Positions 1 through 10,002 of a stretch of DNA of 64,000 nucleotides are shown here, one piece after another. Both the position numbers and the translations under genes were made by a program. The notes under the pieces are model-generated. The model had not been told where the DNA came from. It ran no database searches and worked only from the letters and a program-made list of their open reading frames with translations. Position 1 is the first letter of the stretch. Each line of letters opens with the position of its first letter. Location of the stretch: the sequence record NC_020851.1. One strand, given 5' to 3'.

Positions 1-1677
1 AGGTGTTTGACCTGGATAACCGATTTCGGCATCTTCAGCATCAGTTGAACCTTGAGAATAGGATCTTTTCTCAACATCCTTAGATGCTTTCTTTACATAA
101 GAACCCATAGTTCCTTTGGAAAGTTCGTCAAGTTGCTCAAATTCTTCATTCTTAGCACCTGACTTATGACGAACGGTTCCTTTCTCGTCAGTATAAGTTT
201 CTTTCTCCCTTCTAGGGGTTACATAACCAACACCAGGAACTACACCAGTCTTACCAGCAGCTCTCGCAGCATTTCTATCTGCTGCTCTTTGTGCTGCTCT
301 CTTACGGTTTTTATCATAAGAACTCATTGCTTCATCAACATTCTCTGACTCCACAAGTGCTTCAATCTCCTTCATAGTAAAGAGACCGGTTGCTTCGAGT
401 TCTTCTTGACGAAGCGACTTACGACGACGCTTCTCTGCTTGCTTAGGACTTACGGTAGCACCTTTACCTCTGTTTGCGTCTTTATCCCAGTTGGTAGGTG
501 GAGTATATTCTATCTTACTATTTTTAAACATTGCGATTCTATCACGAACCCCCTGATCACTCTTACCCATTTCATCAATATACTCTTCTTTCTTCATATT
601 AGCTTCCCTTCTCTTCGCAACATAGTCATGACCAAAGTCTTTTCCCTTGTCGTTAGTGCCTTCACGTTTTCTTTGTGCGGCAAGACGCTTTTCTCTTCTT
701 GCTTGCATTGCAGCAAGTGAATCTGCTTCATCAAGTTGCTCAGGTTCTTCTTCTTGATGATTACAAACTTGTCTATAAAGTTCTTTGATTGTTGCGAGTT
801 CTTTGTTGTAATTCATGTCCTCTTTCCTTGCTCTATCTGTAAGTGAATCAGCACCTGCCTTAACTGCACCAGCAGCAGCAGAAACACCTTTTGTAATGCC
901 TCTGACGACCTTCTTAAGTCCTCTCTTCAGAAGACCATCCTTTCTCTTTCTAGGTGCCGCAGAAGACGATCCACCACCACTAGAAGAACTGGAAGATGGT
1001 CCAGTGCCTGATGATGAAGAACTTCCACTGTCAGAAGAACTAGAAGAACCAGTGCCTGATGATGAAGAACTTCCACTATCAGAAGAAGAACTTGAAGAAC
1101 CTCCACCAGAACCTTGTCTTCCTCTCTCATATCCTTTCTTAGCAGCACTCTTGACTGCACTACCTGCTCTCACTGCAGTTCCTACTGCTCTTGTAGCAAG
1201 ACCTATACCACCTTTTGCTGCCTGACCTACTTTCTTAACTGCACCTTTAATTTGTGAAAGTTTTGATGCTTTCTTTTCGGGAGAAGCACTTCCAACTTTT
1301 TGCTTAGATACTTTGAGTTTTGCTCTAGCAGCTGCTCCAGCATCTCTGTCTGATTTCTGACCTTCTCCAGATGCTGCAGAGGTTTTATCCCTCATTCTCA
1401 TTGCAGCAACTTGTGCAGGATTTGTAACCTCAGTAAGAATTTCTAACTCGGTATCAACCGACTCACAAATCGTTTGCTCTACAATATCAATATCTAATCC
1501 TTCTTCCAAGCACTCTTCAAAGAATTCTGTTACTTGTTCTTCAATATATTCATCTGTAAGATCATCAAGATCTTCATCAGTAAATTCATCTAAAATACTT
1601 TCTGCAATATCAGGAGCATAAACATCCTGATATAAACTTCGAATTAGTCCATAATCAGACTGCGATAAAGATTTCAT
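1..1677 (-). CDS. Large Lys/Glu/Ser-rich low-complexity hypothetical protein (3' end runs off the window; >=559 aa), candidate head-internal polyprotein
   Basis: Not in the ORF track because it has no stop in the window. Translated by hand from ATG at 1677 (MKSLSQSDYGLIRSLYQDVY...) to position 1. Late promoter 29 bp upstream; repeated EQLDE/EYIDE/ENVDE motifs. Confidence 0.8.
   Translation of the reverse strand, partial: MKSLSQSDYGLIRSLYQDVYAPDIAESILDEFTDEDLDDLTDEYIEEQVTEFFEECLEEGLDIDIVEQTICESVDTELEILTEVTNPAQVAAMRMRDKTSAASGEGQKSDRDAGAAARAKLKVSKQKVGSASPEKKASKLSQIKGAVKKVGQAAKGGIGLATRAVGTAVRAGSAVKSAAKKGYERGRQGSGGGSSSSSSDSGSSSSSGTGSSSSSDSGSSSSSGTGPSSSSSSGGGSSSAAPRKRKDGLLKRGLKKVVRGITKGVSAAAGAVKAGADSLTDRARKEDMNYNKELATIKELYRQVCNHQEEEPEQLDEADSLAAMQARREKRLAAQRKREGTNDKGKDFGHDYVAKRREANMKKEEYIDEMGKSDQGVRDRIAMFKNSKIEYTPPTNWDKDANRGKGATVSPKQAEKRRRKSLRQEELEATGLFTMKEIEALVESENVDEAMSSYDKNRKRAAQRAADRNAARAAGKTGVVPGVGYVTPRREKETYTDEKGTVRHKSGAKNEEFEQLDELSKGTMGSYVKKASKDVEKRSYSQGSTDAEDAEIGYPGQTP
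1001..1099. repeat. Two near-identical tandem copies of a 48-51 bp unit encoding a Ser/Gly linker
   Basis: ccagtgcctgatgatgaagaacttccact at 1001 and 1049. Confidence 0.9.
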
Positions 1678-1705
1678 CTTAATTCTAAATTACCCTTTAT
1701 AAGGA

Positions 1706-1713
1706 TATTTATA
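1706..1713 (-). promoter_or_regulatory. T4-type late promoter TATAAATA
   Basis: Exact TATAAATA on the minus strand, just upstream of the ORF starting at 1677. Confidence 0.8.
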
Positions 1714-1739
1714 AAAAAAGGACTCCCTTAGGAGTCCTT
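1713..1739 (-). terminator. Rho-independent terminator after nrdAB
   Basis: GGACTCC-TAAG-GGAGTCC followed by a T7 run on the minus strand. Confidence 0.85.
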
Positions 1740-1808
1740 AGTATATGCTTCATAACCATCATAATCACCAAATAGAAAAGCATCGGATTTTGCTGCTTCT
1801 CTATACAT
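1728..1808 (-). CDS. Possible small ORF (MYREAAKSDAFLFGDYDGYEAYTKDS)
   Basis: Fills the gap between the nrdB stop and the terminator; start uncertain. Confidence 0.3.
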   Translation of the reverse strand: MYREAAKSDAFLFGDYDGYEAYTKDS

Positions 1809-1854
1809 CTCTAAAGCATCTTCAGTTTTTACACAGTTGCACTTACAATTTCCT

Positions 1855-3039
1855 TTACAAGGAGAACCCTGCAAATGTATCTTCGGTAACATCTTGTTTG
1901 ATTCCTCCGACGATGTAGGATTCAACTTCTGTCTCCTGAGGAGCAACTTGAAGACCCTTCGACGAAATCCAATGTTCTGTCCAGGGAAGTGGGTTATTCT
2001 TTGCGGGTACGTCATAGATCGGTTTAAGTCCAATTGATTTCATTCTACGATTGGCAATCCATTCCACATACTGCTGAAGCAACTTATCATTGAGACCAAT
2101 CATCGAACCATCCTTGAACAGATACTCTGCCCAAAGTTTTTCTTGATTTACAGTTTTCTCAAAAGTATTGATTAACCACTGCTCTTCTTCTTTGAAGATT
2201 TGTGCCATCTCAGGATCATCACCTTCTCTCCACTTCTTCAGAATATTCTGAGTAATGGCAAGGTGTTGATTCTCATCTCTGGCAATCAGTGAGATGATCT
2301 TTGCACTTCCTTCCATAAGTTTGAGTTCGCCAAAAGCAAAACTGCAAGCAAATGATACGTAAAATCGAATACCTTCAAGGATATTAACATTCGCAACTGC
2401 TTTGAAGAGTTTGCGTTTGAGTTCATATCTCGATTCTTGTGCATAAACAACTCCTTCTAATGCGTGTTGCCAATCATTACTACTATCATAATGATGTGCT
2501 GCATTAATAAAATCATTATATGCTTCTGTCACACTCATTGCGCGTTCTACAATTCGTTCATCATTCAGAATGTGATCAAACACATCCGAAGGGTCTGAAT
2601 AAACATTCTTAATGATATGAGTATATGAACGACTGTGGATCATCTCCATGAACCCCCAGACCTCCATACATGCCTCTAATTCAGGTAATGAACAGTAAGG
2701 GATAAAAGCCATCCCAGGACCACGCCCTTGTACAGAATCCAGCATGATCTGATACTTAAGATTGCTGGTAAAAATGTGCTTTTGCTCAGGGCGTAATGTC
2801 TGATAGTCCGCACGGTCTTTCTGGAGAGATACCTCTTCGGGTCTCCAGAAATATCCCAGTTGTTGCGTTGTAAGTTTATCAAAAATCGGATACTTGTAAG
2901 AATCGTATCTTTGAATACCTAATGGTTTTCCAAAGAACATTGGTTGCTTTCTAGTGTCTACCTCTTCTGCATTGAACACGGTCATAGAATCGACCAATGG
3001 TCTCTCCTCTTTATTTGTCTTAAATCTTACAAGACTCAC
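1855..3039 (-). CDS. nrdB: Ribonucleotide reductase class Ia beta subunit
   Basis: FWRPEEV, DSVQ, EMIHSRSY, LEGIRFYVSFA, RDENQH di-iron motifs; VAPQETE C-terminus. Confidence 0.97.
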   Translation of the reverse strand: MSLVRFKTNKEERPLVDSMTVFNAEEVDTRKQPMFFGKPLGIQRYDSYKYPIFDKLTTQQLGYFWRPEEVSLQKDRADYQTLRPEQKHIFTSNLKYQIMLDSVQGRGPGMAFIPYCSLPELEACMEVWGFMEMIHSRSYTHIIKNVYSDPSDVFDHILNDERIVERAMSVTEAYNDFINAAHHYDSSNDWQHALEGVVYAQESRYELKRKLFKAVANVNILEGIRFYVSFACSFAFGELKLMEGSAKIISLIARDENQHLAITQNILKKWREGDDPEMAQIFKEEEQWLINTFEKTVNQEKLWAEYLFKDGSMIGLNDKLLQQYVEWIANRRMKSIGLKPIYDVPAKNNPLPWTEHWISSKGLQVAPQETEVESYIVGGIKQDVTEDTFAGFSL

Positions 3040-5317
3040 AGTCTTCCTCCTCTGCGGTTTCTAATTGAGAAATTAAACTATCAAGTGACTCATTGGAATC
3101 ATCCATTTCATCAGTCTTGATGTCGTATGTATTTTGATAGTAGGATGTCTTCCATCCATACTTATATGTAGTTAATAGATCCTGTGCCATGATAGACACT
3201 GGAATTTCATTATTGGGATAATGTTCCGGATTGTAACTCCAATTACCAGAAATTGCCTGGTCAAAGAATTTTTGCATTACGGCAACAATATTAATGTATC
3301 CTTTATTGGATCTCATTTCCCAAAGAAGATCATAATTGTTCTTCAGTGTTCCATATTGTGGAACAATCTGCTTAAGAGGTCCTTTTTTGGACTTCTTAAT
3401 GGACAAGTATCCTCTAGGTGGTTCAATTCCATTTGTTGCGTTTGACACAACGGAACTGCTCTCTGAAGGCATCTGTGCGGACAATGTTGAGTTCCTAACT
3501 CCGTATTGATTAACTTGTGACCTAAGACTCTCCCAATCATAGTGAAGCTCATTTGGAACTATTTCATCCACGTCATTCTTATATGTATCAATCGGAAGAA
3601 TTCCATTACCATACTTAGTACGATGACTGTATTCACATGCACCTTTTTCCTTCGCAAGATTGACAGTTGCCTGAATGAGATAGTACTGGAATGCTTCTGT
3701 TAAATCATGAACAGACTTCCATGCCTCAGGATCCTCATACCTATGCCCGTTCTTGGCAAGGTAATGTGCAAGTCCGATATAACCAATACCTAACGAACGA
3801 CGTGCTCTTGTGGCAATCTCTGCTGCTCTGACGGGATATCCCTGAAAATCAATGAGTTCATCAAGACTCCTGACAGCAAGATCACAAAGAACATCAAGAT
3901 CTTCAAGATCCCTAATTTTACCAATATTAATAGCACTAAGGATGCAGAGAGCAATTTCACCATTTTCATCATCAATGTGCTGTAAAGGTTTAGTGGGTAA
4001 AGTAATCTCTTGACACAGATTGCTCATCTCAATCTTATCCATAAAGGATGAGTGAGAATTACAATGGTCAATATTCATGATGTAGATTCTACCAGTTTCG
4101 GCACGTTCTTTTAGAAGGTCGAAAAATAATTCTTGTGCCCCGATAGTCTTTCTTGGAACAGACTGATCTGATTCATAGTCCACATAGCAAGAGTCAAATG
4201 CATCAGTACCAAAAGCATCATAGAGACCTGGTACGTCATTCGGTGAGAATAAGCTAATCTGCTCATTCTTAATGAAACGTTCGTAGAAAAGTTTTGAAAT
4301 TTGGATTGAGTAGTCAAGTTTCCTCACTCGGTTGTCTTCTGTACCCTTATTGTTCTTAAGAACTAGGATGTCTTCGATTTCGATGTGCCAGATTGGAAAG
4401 TGGACAGTAGCACTTCCACCACGAATCCCGTTTTGTGTACAACTTCTGACAGTTGACTCAAATTTTTTGAGGAATGGGACAACACCTGTATGAATAACTT
4501 CTCCACCTCTGATTCTACTGTTGATGCCACGGATTCTGCCTGCGTTGATACCGATTCCCGCCCTTGCAGCAACATACCTAAAAATTGCAGCATCACTAGA
4601 CTCGATACTACGGAGGGTGTCATCAACATCAACCAGAACACAACTAGCATATTGTCGAAGTGGTGTCCGCACTCCTGCCATGATAGGTGTGGGAATGTTG
4701 ATTTTGTGTCTTGAGATTGCATCGTAATATTTCCTAACGTAATCTAGTCTCGTATCCTTTGGATATTTAGAGAATATGGTTGCGGCAATCAACAAATACA
4801 TGAACTGTGGAGTCTCATATACCTTACCATTAATCCTGTCCTGCACAAGATACTTATCACAAACTTGACGTAAACCTGCATAAGTAAACAAATAGTCCCG
4901 ATCATGATCAATAAAGGACTGAAGTTTATCAAACTCTTCATCAGAATACAGGTCAAGTATTTCTGCATCGTAAACTTCTTTAGCAACACATTGCTCAACT
5001 TGCTCCTTTACTGTGGGTGTTTCGTGCATACGACCATACAGTTGCTTACGAACAGCAAACAAAAGGAGACGTGCGGCAACAAACTGATAGTTAGGGTGAT
5101 CCAAACTTACCAAGTCTGATGCAGAACGAATTAAAATCTCCTGAATCTCATCTGTCGTAATACCATCATAAAACTGGATACCAGATTGAATTTCGACCTG
5201 ACTTGCAGATACACCGGCAAGATCTTTACATGCCTCTTCCACCATCACATGCAGTTTATTTAAATCAAGAGGTTCATTTTTTCCATTTCTTTTAGTTACC
5301 TTTGTCCCGTTGGTCAT
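3020..5317 (-). CDS. nrdA: Ribonucleotide reductase class Ia alpha subunit with ATP cone
   Basis: N-terminal VTKRNG ATP cone, TPIMAG, SNLCQEI catalytic Cys, SYYQ, C-terminal CESC. Confidence 0.97.
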   Translation of the reverse strand: MTNGTKVTKRNGKNEPLDLNKLHVMVEEACKDLAGVSASQVEIQSGIQFYDGITTDEIQEILIRSASDLVSLDHPNYQFVAARLLLFAVRKQLYGRMHETPTVKEQVEQCVAKEVYDAEILDLYSDEEFDKLQSFIDHDRDYLFTYAGLRQVCDKYLVQDRINGKVYETPQFMYLLIAATIFSKYPKDTRLDYVRKYYDAISRHKINIPTPIMAGVRTPLRQYASCVLVDVDDTLRSIESSDAAIFRYVAARAGIGINAGRIRGINSRIRGGEVIHTGVVPFLKKFESTVRSCTQNGIRGGSATVHFPIWHIEIEDILVLKNNKGTEDNRVRKLDYSIQISKLFYERFIKNEQISLFSPNDVPGLYDAFGTDAFDSCYVDYESDQSVPRKTIGAQELFFDLLKERAETGRIYIMNIDHCNSHSSFMDKIEMSNLCQEITLPTKPLQHIDDENGEIALCILSAINIGKIRDLEDLDVLCDLAVRSLDELIDFQGYPVRAAEIATRARRSLGIGYIGLAHYLAKNGHRYEDPEAWKSVHDLTEAFQYYLIQATVNLAKEKGACEYSHRTKYGNGILPIDTYKNDVDEIVPNELHYDWESLRSQVNQYGVRNSTLSAQMPSESSSVVSNATNGIEPPRGYLSIKKSKKGPLKQIVPQYGTLKNNYDLLWEMRSNKGYINIVAVMQKFFDQAISGNWSYNPEHYPNNEIPVSIMAQDLLTTYKYGWKTSYYQNTYDIKTDEMDDSNESLDSLISQLETAEEEDCESCKI

Positions 5318-6285
5318 ATTTTTTTCCAGTTGTTAAATTTAATTTTTGCTTCTAGTCCTGAATAGGTATTCAATTCTACCACAGACATAACATCATGTCC
5401 AGAAAGAACCATGTCATTGATATCTTTCTGTATTATATTCGTCGGCCAAATCACTATGGAGTTGCCATTATCGATTGTTCTACCGATTCGATTGACGATT
5501 TCTCGATTGCGTGGTTCGTTATCATAGATCCAAACAGGATTGCTAATACCCCAGTTACTAATATCAACGTCAGCTCCGCACATTGCAATCGAGTTGCAAA
5601 TGAATGTTGAGTCGAAAGGTCCTTCTGTAATATAAACGGCAATTGTTTTGTCAATTTTTTCAAGTCCATAAACCTTCGGTGCTTCCTCATCCAACATCAC
5701 GGTGATATATTTAGTGAATGATTTTCCCAGTGCTCTGCCCTGAAATCCAATGAGATTTTTACTTTCATCATACATTGGTATCACGATGCGACTCTCATCC
5801 CTAGTGATAGTGTCGAACGTTTGTTTCTGCGTATTCGTCCACTCCATAAACTTATCAGCATAATAAAACTTATCCGGATCTATCTTGCGATTTACAAGAT
5901 AATCATTGGCAAAAGAATTTGTAGATGCCTTTGGAAGATTGATTGATTTCTTGAATACCGGTTTTGTAAATTCAAACTTTGGTGCTTGAACGACAAAGTT
6001 TTTACCAGTATGACCTTCCTTAAACTTCTCAAGAGTATATTGCTTATGAAGATTTACATCAATCTCCTTTAGCAAGTTATTAAAGGACATACTCGCACCA
6101 CAATTGTGGCACTTGAAGTTAGTATTATTTTTGACCTGGTAGATATATCCCCGTGTCTTATTTTTATTCTTCTGAGAATCACCACAAATAGGGCAACGAA
6201 AGTTGTAGAGATTGTCTTTAACTCTCTTAAACTTCTGGAGACGAGAAGATACTAATCCAATATACTTGGAATCAACCAAATCCAT
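5314..6285 (-). CDS. gp61: DNA primase (T4 gp61-like)
   Basis: NFRCPICGDS...KCHNCG zinc finger, TEGPFDS Toprim, KDINDM. Confidence 0.93.
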   Translation of the reverse strand: MDLVDSKYIGLVSSRLQKFKRVKDNLYNFRCPICGDSQKNKNKTRGYIYQVKNNTNFKCHNCGASMSFNNLLKEIDVNLHKQYTLEKFKEGHTGKNFVVQAPKFEFTKPVFKKSINLPKASTNSFANDYLVNRKIDPDKFYYADKFMEWTNTQKQTFDTITRDESRIVIPMYDESKNLIGFQGRALGKSFTKYITVMLDEEAPKVYGLEKIDKTIAVYITEGPFDSTFICNSIAMCGADVDISNWGISNPVWIYDNEPRNREIVNRIGRTIDNGNSIVIWPTNIIQKDINDMVLSGHDVMSVVELNTYSGLEAKIKFNNWKKI

Positions 6286-6297
6286 TGCGTTTAAAGA

Positions 6298-6690
6298 CTA
6301 CTTTGTTGTGTCTATTATAACCTGCTGTGGGGTTTGAGTCAAGAAGTTTTGTAATAGTCTTTGACCTGGCACACTAACCATAAATGAAATCACAGTCAGA
6401 GAACCAGCAATAGTCCACATCTTCTTTTCCATAAGACGAAGACGTTCATCAATCTTTCTTATATCTCTTTCACATCCTTTCTTTATCTCGTCTGCTCTTC
6501 TATTTACTTCACGATGAACACTATCTACTTTCTCAAAGAGAACTGCATCAATTCTATCTTGCTTCTCTAACTTCTCATTATGAACTGCTAGAAGTTGTCC
6601 CATCTTTACAGAGTTATCCTGTAAGGATTCTACTACTCTTTCCAATCTTTCTAGTATTGCTGAATTTACGTTATTAGTAATGTCATCCAT
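6298..6690 (-). CDS. Hypothetical coiled-coil protein with a C-terminal transmembrane helix
   Basis: MDDITNN start preferred; heptad-like E/K/L pattern then MWTIAGSLTVISFMVSV hydrophobic stretch. Confidence 0.7.
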   Translation of the reverse strand: MDDITNNVNSAILERLERVVESLQDNSVKMGQLLAVHNEKLEKQDRIDAVLFEKVDSVHREVNRRADEIKKGCERDIRKIDERLRLMEKKMWTIAGSLTVISFMVSVPGQRLLQNFLTQTPQQVIIDTTK

Positions 6691-7141
6691 TTCTAAGTTT
6701 TTGCATCCAGGTTCTACGTGTTCCATATCGACCAATTGGTGTTGGTTTTCTTTTCTTTTTTAAATTTACAGGAGGTTCACCAGTCAACCCTGCAACACCA
6801 CCACCATCTCCAACAGAATTAGCAATTGCTTCTTCCTTAATAGATCTAACCATATTCATTATATTTGCCATTCTTTTATCATCTATCATATTCGTATACT
6901 CTTTAGATGCATCTACCATAGTATCTATGTCTGATAATGACAACTTTTGAACTGGATAAACATTAGAAAATCTATATTTTGCCTGTCCAGACTCTCCGGG
7001 TGTCTGATAATCTTGTGATAATAAATCTTGAGAGGGAGGGAACAAGAACTTATCATATGTTCCAATATCTCCACCACTAATATTATTAGTGGGTGTTTCT
7101 TTTAGGTTTCTAATTCTAGAAATAACCCTATCAATATCCAT
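6683..7141 (-). CDS. Hypothetical protein
   Basis: ORF in a tight operon; TGATG coupling at 7141. Confidence 0.7.
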   Translation of the reverse strand: MDIDRVISRIRNLKETPTNNISGGDIGTYDKFLFPPSQDLLSQDYQTPGESGQAKYRFSNVYPVQKLSLSDIDTMVDASKEYTNMIDDKRMANIMNMVRSIKEEAIANSVGDGGGVAGLTGEPPVNLKKKRKPTPIGRYGTRRTWMQKLRNG

Positions 7142-7512
7142 CAGATTTCTTTTAATTGTTGGAGACAATATTCATCTTCTTTTAATTCAGTAATTTTTGT
7201 TTTAGGATATTCGGGTATCCTATTTAAAAATACAAAGAAACTTTTTATGTAAGGCCAAAGTTCATCTTCAAGATTATAAAATAATAAAGGAACTGTAGCA
7301 TCATCAAAAACATTAAACAATACTGTTAAATGATTGAGTATGAGATGTGTTTTAAGTTCCCCAGTATTTTTATACCTTTTCAATAATCTTTTGATATACT
7401 TAATTCTTTTTAAGTCATCTTCAAAGTCATCTTTGGTGACTGCCTGTGGATTATTATAGAATTTTATAGCAAAGAGTAAATAATTACTCTCATTCAACTC
7501 TTCAAATCTCAT
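7141..7512 (-). CDS. Conserved T4-like hypothetical protein
   Basis: MRFEELNESNYLLFAIKFY...LILNHL; resembles a family I recall from cyanomyophages. Confidence 0.8.
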   Translation of the reverse strand: MRFEELNESNYLLFAIKFYNNPQAVTKDDFEDDLKRIKYIKRLLKRYKNTGELKTHLILNHLTVLFNVFDDATVPLLFYNLEDELWPYIKSFFVFLNRIPEYPKTKITELKEDEYCLQQLKEI

Positions 7513-7521
7513 ATCACATTA

Positions 7522-8076
7522 TCAACTATCTGGGAAAGGACCGTCATCTGGAGCATCAGATGTGGTTAGAATACCACCAGCAACTAATACCTCAGATTTA
7601 ACTCTCAATCTTCCGTGCATATCAATATAAGATGTGATTCCAACCCAACCAGAGTGAGCAACGGCATATGCTGTTGTTGCAGCAATTCCTGCTTCAATTT
7701 CATCTATTCCAAATACTCCAGTGAATACTGGACTTGTGGAGAAACCAGTTGTCTTTGATTCTGGTGCATCATAAGTAGAATCACCAAGTGTGTAAATTGG
7801 TTCTTGTGATACAAAATATGTGGTTCCTGCAGGAACTGTTGTTAATCCAGAAACAAAATTAGCAGTATCTGCAATAGAAATTGTTGTAGATGTAAATCCA
7901 CTTACAACTGCATAACCATAGGTTGCTCCAGTACCAACGGTTACAACATCTCCAGTACTAATACCAGAAGTCGTAAATGTGACAACACCAGCTACACCAG
8001 TTGCAATTTTAGAAGTCAAATTGACCGCAATTGTTCCAGCATCGTATACTAAATCTTTATTACCCCAAAGTGACAT
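7522..8076 (-). CDS. Putative virion structural protein (MSLWG... type)
   Basis: Thr/Gly-rich, beta-strand-like; late promoter upstream. Confidence 0.7.
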   Translation of the reverse strand: MSLWGNKDLVYDAGTIAVNLTSKIATGVAGVVTFTTSGISTGDVVTVGTGATYGYAVVSGFTSTTISIADTANFVSGLTTVPAGTTYFVSQEPIYTLGDSTYDAPESKTTGFSTSPVFTGVFGIDEIEAGIAATTAYAVAHSGWVGITSYIDMHGRLRVKSEVLVAGGILTTSDAPDDGPFPDS

Positions 8077-8108
8077 GTTCTATTACCTTATAATTCTTTT
8101 TATAATGA

Positions 8109-8116
8109 TATTTATA
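8109..8116 (-). promoter_or_regulatory. T4-type late promoter TATAAATA
   Basis: Exact match upstream of the 8076 start. Confidence 0.75.
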
Positions 8117-8320
8117 TTATTCAGTTTCTCTTGCTTTAATAGCATTTGAAACTACTTCAAGGAGTTTATCATCCATATCAGTTTTAGTCAGTTTAACTGC
8201 CTTACTAAGAATAACTAAACAAATCTCTACAAGTTTCTCACCCAGTTCCTCATTATCAGGAACTTTAGAAACTGCATCACCAATAATTTTTGATGCGAGT
8301 GGAAGTAAAAATGCTAACAT
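8117..8320 (-). CDS. Small hypothetical protein
   Basis: 67-aa ORF, amphipathic helices. Confidence 0.7.
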   Translation of the reverse strand: MLAFLLPLASKIIGDAVSKVPDNEELGEKLVEICLVILSKAVKLTKTDMDDKLLEVVSNAIKARETE

Positions 8321-8354
8321 AGTTTGAACCAGAAGTCTAAACTATATAGCAGAT

Positions 8355-9984
8355 TTACTTTTTATTTAATGACTTTACAAAATTTCCAAGTTTCTTATCA
8401 TAATCTTTTGCTTTAGGTTTTTTCCCCAATTATTATCTTTTTGACTTGGAGGTTTTTTATAATCAACCCTTGCACCCATTCCTCCCCTTCTCAAATACTC
8501 GTCTTTTTACTGTCGTATGCCTCTTCATCAACCATTTCACCTTCCATATCATAAGACATCTTGAGACCCATTGCTCTCAACTTGTTCTTTGCAAGATTGA
8601 TTTTAGTAGGCATTGACCTTGGATCTTCTTCATTCTTTGCAGGTTTAGAGTTTTCATCCCAATATTCTCCACCAGCCTTACACTCTTCTCTCGTCTCGTC
8701 CTTATCACAGGCAGGACAATAACGCATCGTTCCTTCACCTTCGGCAATAGTGTCACCTTCCAATTCATGAGATGCTGCGATTTCGGCACCACCTCTAACT
8801 GCTCTCATTTTATTTTGAAGAATTCTCAACTTCATCATCTTATCTTTCTTACCCTGCTGTGCGGCAAGTTGCTCTTTCTTCTTCTCATCATCTTGCTGCT
8901 TCATAGAAGCATCCTGTTCGGCAATTCTTTGCGACTTCAGTAAATCAAGTTCGGCACGAATACTTTCACCAAGACTTGGATTAATCTTTACAGTATTCTT
9001 TCCCTTTTTCATTACATCAAGTTTCTTATCACCATTATCCTCCTTCTCGTAGATGACTTCCTCAACATACTTAGAACGATACTGTCCACCAGTTGTCTTA
9101 TGAGTATCAGCAAGTTCTGCTGCTCTCGAATCAGCATACTTTCTACTCTTTACTGGTTTACCAATCTTCTTCTCCTTTTTTCCATCAGGAGAACCCATTA
9201 CTTGATAAGGTGCTTCATCAATATACTCTTCTTTTGCCATTCTTTTTTTGGCAGATTTAGTCATATACTTTTCTTTATAAGAAGACTCTTTCTTATAAGT
9301 TTCTTTAGGAAATGCCGATCCCTTCACATAAGTTTCTTCTTTTGCCATCGACTTTTTAATGGCACGATCCTTCACACCAGCATACTCATGACGATCTGGT
9401 TCTTTAGTTCCGTCTCCGTCTTTATCTCCAACAGTATTTTTTCCTTTTGAAGAACCATATTTTTTCTCATGCTTCTCTCCATAATTTGGTTTTGGATCAC
9501 CCTTATAAGCATCATCAACTTCTTTACGACCAGTAATCTCAACAGAAGAAATATTCTTATTTGCTCTTAGTTCTGAGATCTTAGCACGATCTGCTTTTCT
9601 ATATGATGTATTACCAGTTTCTCTATCAGTTACTCTTACTACAAACTTTCTTTCTTCTGCCTCAGAAAAAACTCTAGAATAAACATAAGACGAAGAATCT
9701 TTTACATGTTCAGATACAGAGACAACACCAGTATCAATCTGTTCTTTAAATAATTTCTTCTTCACAATTGCCTTGACACCACCAGGAGCAGAAGAAGATC
9801 CAAGAAGTTGTCTATAAAGTTGCTGAACTTGTCCAGGACTCATACTAGATCCCGACGTACCTTTCATTTTTTGTCTTGCCTTATATTTAATATCGGAAGT
9901 GAGTTGAGATGCTTGTTGCTCAAGACTCGTATTTCCGGCGGCATGACCTCTACGAGGTCCTTCTTCAAAAATATGGTTACTCAT
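8355..9984 (-). CDS. Lys/Glu-rich modular hypothetical protein; C-terminus broken by two apparent homopolymer deletions
   Basis: Track ORF 8491-9984. Adding one A at 8504-8508 and one at 8418-8423 extends it to ...KSLNKK-stop at 8355. Confidence 0.75.
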
Positions 9985-10002
9985 TGGAAAATCTAATAAC
10001 TC

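Noticed and set aside
1728-2033. 101-aa ORF overlapping the nrdB 3' end
   Set aside because: Mostly an alternative frame of nrdB; only the last ~26 codons may be a real microgene.
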